In this document: piece after piece, positions 50,539 to 64,000 of the stretch
How the letters are laid out: every line of letters begins with the position of its first letter
Position numbering within the stretch: the first letter of the stretch is position 1
Sequence record: MN850631.1
Strand: one strand, 5' to 3'
From: Escherichia phage mio
DNA: 64,000 bases
Notes under the pieces: model-generated
Databases searched by the model: none
Seen by the model: the letters and a program-made list of their open reading frames with translations, nothing else
What the model was told of the DNA's origin: nothing
Program-made: the position numbers and the translations under genes

Positions 50539-51705
50539 TTAAGCTGTTCTCTGCCATACATACAGAACAAAGGATGGTTGTTCAACACTGAATGCTTGTC
50601 CAGAACCTGTAGAACCAGTTGTACCAGAATGTGAGTGCTCTGTTGTTGAAATACTCACACTACCACTGTGAGTGTGTGAACCAATATTAGTTACATGGGT
50701 GTGTGAACCAATATTTAAAGTGTGAGCATGGTTACCATTTGATGCAGCAGTACCACTTACTGAGTGTGAGTGATTCCCAGCACTATCCGTTTGTACGGTA
50801 TTTCTGTGACCATCTCTGTCCCAATCTCCAGATGCACCTGTTGATTGATAACCAGTAATATAACCATGCGTATGAGCACCAGTAGTGTTCGTTGAGCCAC
50901 TCACTGAGTGGGTGTGAGCACCAGTAGTGTTAGTGGTTTTAGTTCCGTAGTCAAAGCTAGAGGTTGTCTTAGTCCCATAATCAAAGGAACTAATAGACAT
51001 TGTTGCTCCATGTGTGTGACCACCACCAGTGACGTATACTGAGTGAGTATGTGCAGGGATGTTGTTAACTGTCAGTGCAGTAGTTTGCGAACCAAACGTT
51101 GAACCAACTGGCCTAGAAGCACTATCATAACCCACGAGTGCTCTTCCTTTTGAAACTAACTCCCAAGTACCTCCACAAATTAAATATGTAGAGGGGTTTG
51201 CAGGATTCATAGAGAGATGGATAGTACCTACTGGATAAGAAGCCTGAACAGCCTTGTACAAGTTATTTACTGCTCTTGCTGTAGCGTACTTATCTGCATC
51301 TTCATTATAAAGATTAGATGTTGTCCAGTTCTGGACATTACTCAAACCAACCTGTGCTTTAGTTGTATTGTGTGGGTTACTCTTATCATTAATATGTTGT
51401 TGAACAAGGTTATTAACCTCTTCTGAAGACATAATCTGTAGATTTGCTCTTGCCTCAGCTACATTAGTAACGTCTGATAAGTTGTTTTCAGCAACTAACT
51501 GGAGAGCATTAATAACATTATCTAAACCAATTTGTGTCTTAGTAACACCATGAGGGTTATTTCTCAGGCTTGAGTGTGGAGCAAGTAGTTGCTCAAGAGT
51601 GCATCTCTTATCCTCAATACCCTGCTTAAGATGGAAGATATCACTAAGGTCAATTGGTAAGGCTGCTTGAGGCAAGGCACTAATTTGAATTTCACCTACT
51701 GCCAT
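50539..51705 (-). CDS. tail fiber protein (second, shorter) sharing the HxH-rich C-terminal tip
   Basis: 388 aa; C-terminal TNTTGAHTHSVSGSTNTTGAHTHGY...GNHSHSVSGTAASNGNHAH near-identical to the larger fiber. Confidence 0.65.
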   Translation of the reverse strand: MAVGEIQISALPQAALPIDLSDIFHLKQGIEDKRCTLEQLLAPHSSLRNNPHGVTKTQIGLDNVINALQLVAENNLSDVTNVAEARANLQIMSSEEVNNLVQQHINDKSNPHNTTKAQVGLSNVQNWTTSNLYNEDADKYATARAVNNLYKAVQASYPVGTIHLSMNPANPSTYLICGGTWELVSKGRALVGYDSASRPVGSTFGSQTTALTVNNIPAHTHSVYVTGGGHTHGATMSISSFDYGTKTTSSFDYGTKTTNTTGAHTHSVSGSTNTTGAHTHGYITGYQSTGASGDWDRDGHRNTVQTDSAGNHSHSVSGTAASNGNHAHTLNIGSHTHVTNIGSHTHSGSVSISTTEHSHSGTTGSTGSGQAFSVEQPSFVLYVWQRTA

Positions 51706-51707
51706 TA

Positions 51708-59726
<8,019 letters not shown>

Positions 59727-59727
<1 letters not shown>

Positions 59728-59966
59728 TACATTTTTCCTGCTCTTCTAAGTTCGTTGTAAGCAATTTCCTCTTTATACGACCTCTGAATTTCAAGAAATT
59801 GTCTCAATGATAATAAATCAGAGAATGTCATAGCAAAGAGTTGGTCAAGTGTTTCTTTACACCCTTCCATACCATAAATAGCAAGCACAAATTTCATCTC
59901 GTCTGCTTCTTCATAGGTTGCCTCTACAGCAGCATCAGTTAGTGGTGTCTGTAGAGTGTTACCCAT
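59727..59966 (-). CDS. -1 frame extension ORF of tail assembly chaperone (C-terminal part of the predicted frameshift fusion)
   Basis: Frame is open from slippery site TTTTTTC (60005-60011) through to stop at 59727. Confidence 0.5.
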
Positions 59967-59968
59967 GT

Positions 59969-60367
59969 TTACTGAGAAGTTAGGCTTTTGAAAATGCTTG
60001 CTTCGAAAAAACTTCCGAAGTTTGCCTCCAGCGCAAATGCTAAGTAATCAATAAATTCACCGTAGTTTGCTTGGAAGTACGTATCAATATTAAGTGGGAA
60101 GTCGTCAACAGTTGCCCCTTGAAATAACAGGGTTGCCATCTCTTCAAGGTTAATTTCTTCAATTCTGTCAAAACAAGCTTCAACAAGTTCTTTAAATGGA
60201 ACCGTCGGAGCTTCCTTCTTACTCTTGTCAGTCAGACTTGATAGCATCTGTGCAAAGGTTGGAACAACAATTTTACCCAACTTCATAGACATCTTAATAC
60301 CGTCTCTTGCCCCAAGCAGAACGATATTTACTTTCTTACCATTAATTACTCTAAATTCTGTTTTCAT
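59969..60367 (-). CDS. tail assembly chaperone (132 aa)
   Basis: Directly upstream of tape measure gene; contains slippery heptamer near its 3' end. Confidence 0.55.
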   Translation of the reverse strand: MKTEFRVINGKKVNIVLLGARDGIKMSMKLGKIVVPTFAQMLSSLTDKSKKEAPTVPFKELVEACFDRIEEINLEEMATLLFQGATVDDFPLNIDTYFQANYGEFIDYLAFALEANFGSFFEASIFKSLTSQ

Positions 60368-60392
60368 TGTGATTCCTTAATACTTTTAAAAG

Positions 60393-60428
60393 AAACAAAA
60401 AAGGGGAAGACCTTTTAAAGTCTCCCCC
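60393..60428 (-). terminator. putative intrinsic terminator downstream of tail tube gene
   Basis: GTCTCCCC/GGGGAAGAC hairpin (one bulge) followed by a long T-run on the minus strand. Confidence 0.45.
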
Positions 60429-60440
60429 TTATAGGATTTA

Positions 60441-60887
60441 TTAAACACTTGACGCTGGAATTGTAGAAGTGTAGTCTAACTTCTCACAACCAAAAATCCA
60501 AGTTTTAGAGTTCTGGTCACGACCAAGTTCAATCTGTGGTAACTCCTGCAACCAAGCGTTAATACCAGTTGCCAGAACAGAGCCTGATGGGTCGTAGATT
60601 ACGAAGTTAGAAGAGATATCTTCTTCAAGTTCCATATTGTCTTGTTTAGCTTGAATTGCAGAAAGCATCTGGTTAGAGAGAGAAGTCTGCATTAACTCAA
60701 TCTCAATAGTACCTGTCTTGTCTGCATTTCTTGTCAGAGCAACCTGACCACCTGCACCAACAACTGGTGTCACAAGTGGTGATGTTCTCTGTAGACGCAA
60801 GAATGAGTCTGGGGCAAAGCCTTCAATGGCAATACCATTCCAGCTACATACAACGTCTTTAGGGGAATATTGCTGATACATAGCCAT
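60441..60887 (-). CDS. putative tail tube protein (148 aa)
   Basis: Size and position between sheath and chaperones; followed by terminator. Confidence 0.5.
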   Translation of the reverse strand: MAMYQQYSPKDVVCSWNGIAIEGFAPDSFLRLQRTSPLVTPVVGAGGQVALTRNADKTGTIEIELMQTSLSNQMLSAIQAKQDNMELEEDISSNFVIYDPSGSVLATGINAWLQELPQIELGRDQNSKTWIFGCEKLDYTSTIPASSV

Positions 60888-60902
60888 TCCAATTTACCTC
60901 TA

Positions 60903-62255
60903 TTATTCGTAAGCCACTGTACCTTTCAAGTCAACATCCAAGATAGCCCCTGCTAAGATACCTGCGAAGGTAACATCTTTCAGGATACGTGCTTTCTTGT
61001 CTGCTAAAGCAACTTGAGAGGCTTTAGGAACATTAACTGTGTAAGATGACAGGAAGTTTCTGTTGACTGCTCTTTGCAGAGAGGTTTCAATGACTTGACG
61101 AATACGGGTAATACCAGTATCATCATAAGTAATCTTACCACCCTTCTGGTTAATTAGCAAGTCTCTCAGAGAAGTTTTCAGGTCTGATTCTAACCAGTCA
61201 ACACCACGGACGATATCAATCCATTCCCCACCAGAAGTAATCCCTCTACGAACCACTGGAACACCACCATCAAGGTCAATAAAGTTACAGTGACGTACAT
61301 CTAAAGCAGACTTCTGAATACTTGTCAGAGGTCTCTGATTAGATGGTTGCAGAGAAGCTGCTACACCAGTTAGCTGAGCATTACCCCAAGCAATTGAACC
61401 TGCATCATATGGAGCACCATAAGCAATGTATGCCATCTCTGGATAATCTGCTGCTGCTGCGTGATGCCACAAGCAAACTGTACGAGTGTACATATTCTTA
61501 GCAAGCTGTGCTGGAACATCATTCGCACTGGCTAATTCTGTACCTTGCAGGGCTGTTACATCGGAGTTAGCCGTAAAGAAGATTTTCTTGCGAGCCTGAA
61601 TCTCAGAAGCCATTGCTAAGACAAACTGTTGAGTTCTATCTTCTGCTGCAATGAAATACCAGTCGGTAGAATAAGCTTCGATAGCTGCCAGAGCAGTTGC
61701 TGCTGTATCGGCAGTTGTACTTGCAATATATACAGTCTGTGCTGTGGTTGTTACTTTCACAAAGTCATTATCACCAGCTTTGGTAATAATCATTGTTGCA
61801 GAGCCATTGCTACCAGTTACGTTCACAGAAACCTTATCTTTGATTGTTGGGTCAGCTTCAATCTGTGTTTTAAACTGTTGCAACACGTTTTCAGCAGTGT
61901 CTTCAGCTTGCGCTGTATACTGATATGGTTGAGAAATTCCACCGCCAGCAGCTACAGTAATTGAGTAGTCTGTACTTTCAGCAACGGCATTAGGAATTGA
62001 TACAGTGTACTGCATAGCACGTCTACCAATATAAAGCTGAGTTACTTTAGGAGTCTGACTCCAAAGTTGTTTAGCAGCCTTATATGCAGCAGTATTCTCA
62101 TCGAAATCTTCAGCAACTTCAGTTAAGGAAGTGTAACCACGTACTCTTTCTTCAAAATTATCTGTTGAAGCTAAGAATAGTGGCAAACCAAAACCTTCTC
62201 TTGTAGTTCCTGCGGTGTTCAATGTAATATCTACATTAACAATTGGATTCCACAT
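60903..62255 (-). CDS. putative tail sheath protein (450 aa)
   Basis: Size and position immediately upstream of tube gene. Confidence 0.55.
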   Translation of the reverse strand: MWNPIVNVDITLNTAGTTREGFGLPLFLASTDNFEERVRGYTSLTEVAEDFDENTAAYKAAKQLWSQTPKVTQLYIGRRAMQYTVSIPNAVAESTDYSITVAAGGGISQPYQYTAQAEDTAENVLQQFKTQIEADPTIKDKVSVNVTGSNGSATMIITKAGDNDFVKVTTTAQTVYIASTTADTAATALAAIEAYSTDWYFIAAEDRTQQFVLAMASEIQARKKIFFTANSDVTALQGTELASANDVPAQLAKNMYTRTVCLWHHAAAADYPEMAYIAYGAPYDAGSIAWGNAQLTGVAASLQPSNQRPLTSIQKSALDVRHCNFIDLDGGVPVVRRGITSGGEWIDIVRGVDWLESDLKTSLRDLLINQKGGKITYDDTGITRIRQVIETSLQRAVNRNFLSSYTVNVPKASQVALADKKARILKDVTFAGILAGAILDVDLKGTVAYE

Positions 62256-62855
62256 TTATTTTACCCCTTTGGAGTCTACATCTAGATGGATAGTATATTC
62301 TGGTGGCTCTTGTCCTTCTTCATAAACCAACTCACCATCAACAATGACACGCTCAATAATACTTCCACGTTCATCCTTCAGGACTGAGTTTTTTACAAGA
62401 GTTACAACAAGAGGCGCAGAATTTTCGAAATCTGTATTGAGATAAGTATAGTCATTCGGGATAGCTCCAGTGTCTAGTACTGTAGCCCCTGTTTCTTCAA
62501 GGATTAAATCTCTGACTGAACTCATCTCTAATCGTTGTTTAAGCTCAAGCATAATACTGTGAGCACCTTTACCATTTACCGTAATCAATACAGGAATCTG
62601 AAAAGCAATTCTGTAGCAAACTACATCATCCTCAACAAACTTATCAAGAACCCAACCATAAGGTGTTGCAGCATCTTGACAATATACGGTGATAAATGGC
62701 TGGTCAGGTTTTAAACCTTTGTCATTTGAGTTATCAGAAGGGTAAGCTCTAATTACGTTTGGTCTATTATTTTTATCACGAGCTAATCTGTGACCAATAA
62801 CATCCACTAAGGTTCTAACTAGACCTTTTTCAAGTTCTGCTGTTTCTAACTGCAT
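62256..62855 (-). CDS. hypothetical structural protein (199 aa)
   Basis: Upstream of sheath gene. Confidence 0.4.
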   Translation of the reverse strand: MQLETAELEKGLVRTLVDVIGHRLARDKNNRPNVIRAYPSDNSNDKGLKPDQPFITVYCQDAATPYGWVLDKFVEDDVVCYRIAFQIPVLITVNGKGAHSIMLELKQRLEMSSVRDLILEETGATVLDTGAIPNDYTYLNTDFENSAPLVVTLVKNSVLKDERGSIIERVIVDGELVYEEGQEPPEYTIHLDVDSKGVK

Positions 62856-63231
62856 TCATTTTATCCCTTCTAATAATGATATATTCATAATGGGACGTAT
62901 GGGCTAATTGCTGTGACCAATCCATCGTCATAAATACTTCATACTCATGACCATCAATCATAACAATATCAGACTCATTCCACTCTACATCATCTGAAGT
63001 TCTAAGTTTATATGTGGTATACAGGATTCTTGTATCGGTAAGCCTGATACCTTCCGGTAAAGCAATCTGTGTACCATTCTTTACAGAACCTTTGATATAT
63101 GGCTGGATATTACCTTTGCAGTTAACCTCTACAATATCTTGTGAAGCTACCCAATCACCATCATCATTATAATAACCGTCTTCAGAGACTTTACGCTTTA
63201 CTACAAAGCTGTGTCTGTTTAAGAGTCTCAT
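62830..63231 (-). CDS. hypothetical structural protein (133 aa)
   Basis: Overlapping neighbours in late operon. Confidence 0.4.
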   Translation of the reverse strand: MRLLNRHSFVVKRKVSEDGYYNDDGDWVASQDIVEVNCKGNIQPYIKGSVKNGTQIALPEGIRLTDTRILYTTYKLRTSDDVEWNESDIVMIDGHEYEVFMTMDWSQQLAHTSHYEYIIIRRDKMNAVRNSRT

Positions 63232-63710
63232 TTCTTAATACCCTTCTTAGTAGAAATTTTATAAGCAAGGTTATCTCTTAAGTCACCTGTCTCAACAAGA
63301 GGTGCGTTAAAGCCTTTTTTCTTGACTGTGGAAGGTGCGTTAGGAGGGAGGATAGCAGAATTACCAAAGCCCCTTTTAATTGCCTTTTGAGCATTCTTTG
63401 CAAATGCTTCTAAGGTATCTGAAGGGTCTGTGTTGAGACTGCTAAGTTGCTTATATAGATTCTTCTTAGTCTGCTCTAACAAGGTCTGTTTGGTTAGCAT
63501 CATAGTGATTTCAAACAACCTACGATATACTTTACCAGAAGCTGAAGGAACCCCAATAACTTCTTGTAAATACATTAAAGCAGGATAAGAAAAACCAGAG
63601 CTATGTTGACCTTGTTCTTGAAAATACCCAACTTGAGCATTAGCCGTTTGCAAGTTCTTCATAGCCCCGACTAATTTTGCTCTAGCGGGGTGAATAACCC
63701 TTTTAACCAT
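63228..63710 (-). CDS. hypothetical structural protein (160 aa)
   Basis: ATGA overlap with upstream gene. Confidence 0.4.
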   Translation of the reverse strand: MVKRVIHPARAKLVGAMKNLQTANAQVGYFQEQGQHSSGFSYPALMYLQEVIGVPSASGKVYRRLFEITMMLTKQTLLEQTKKNLYKQLSSLNTDPSDTLEAFAKNAQKAIKRGFGNSAILPPNAPSTVKKKGFNAPLVETGDLRDNLAYKISTKKGIKK

Positions 63711-63973
63711 TATTCATCTCGCTCGATAATAAATACGCCATTAACACGGTTGCAGTAATCTCTACCTTCGTATTTGGCAGCATCACCATATTCTGTGTAT
63801 TTCTTGACAGAGCAAGGATTCTGACGACGCATATCAATATCGCACTGATTAATACCACCTGCATAGGGTAGTCCTGAAACAGAGCTTTTAACAAGGTCGT
63901 CATAAACAGCTTTCAGAGATTTGAATCTGGAAGAGTTACGTAAATAAACACCACCAACCTTCTCATCTCCCAT
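63710..63973 (-). CDS. hypothetical structural protein (87 aa)
   Basis: ATG 63971-63973; near window edge. Confidence 0.4.
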   Translation of the reverse strand: MGDEKVGGVYLRNSSRFKSLKAVYDDLVKSSVSGLPYAGGINQCDIDMRRQNPCSVKKYTEYGDAAKYEGRDYCNRVNGVFIIERDE

Positions 63974-64000
63974 CTTGGCTACTTGAAAGAGTAAATATTT

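Overview
This window reads as a contiguous segment of a lytic, AT-rich myovirus genome, with no tRNA, rRNA or CRISPR detected by eye. Gene content (rIIA/rIIB, aerobic and anaerobic ribonucleotide reductases, NAMPT-like plus PRPP-synthetase-like pair, family A DNA polymerase, T7-type primase-helicase, contractile tail module) resembles Felix-O1-like phages; that is from memory of gene content, not a database search. Layout: (1) 350-2000, a 1.6 kb ORF-free region packed with short YTAACAR(G) and TATAG repeats; (2) 2007-8289, about 15 small leftward early genes, each behind a conserved ~70-90 bp intercistronic element (RBS, conserved core, one of two hairpin types); (3) 8796-37991, leftward genes including a TARG1/DarG-like macrodomain protein, an overlapped TM/lipoprotein pair, a secreted lytic transglycosylase, rIIB/rIIA, the NAMPT-like/Prs-like pair, HNH and GIY-YIG endonucleases, NrdG/NrdD/glutaredoxin/NrdB/NrdA, RNase H, SSB-like protein, primase-helicase and dNMP kinase; (4) 38249-47458, rightward DNA polymerase, small proteins, ligase, DHFR and thymidylate synthase; (5) 47498-63973, leftward tail genes (two fibers sharing an HxH-rich tip, baseplate, tape measure, frameshifted chaperone, tube, sheath). 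The ORF track counts TTG/GTG as starts, so several starts were moved to ATG codons with a Shine-Dalgarno sequence; all functional calls come from motifs read in the translations. The strongest candidates for a counter-defence system are the Prs-like/NAMPT-like pair (possible NAD+ reconstitution) and the macrodomain protein; the early cassette array is the likeliest place for undescribed host-takeover genes.
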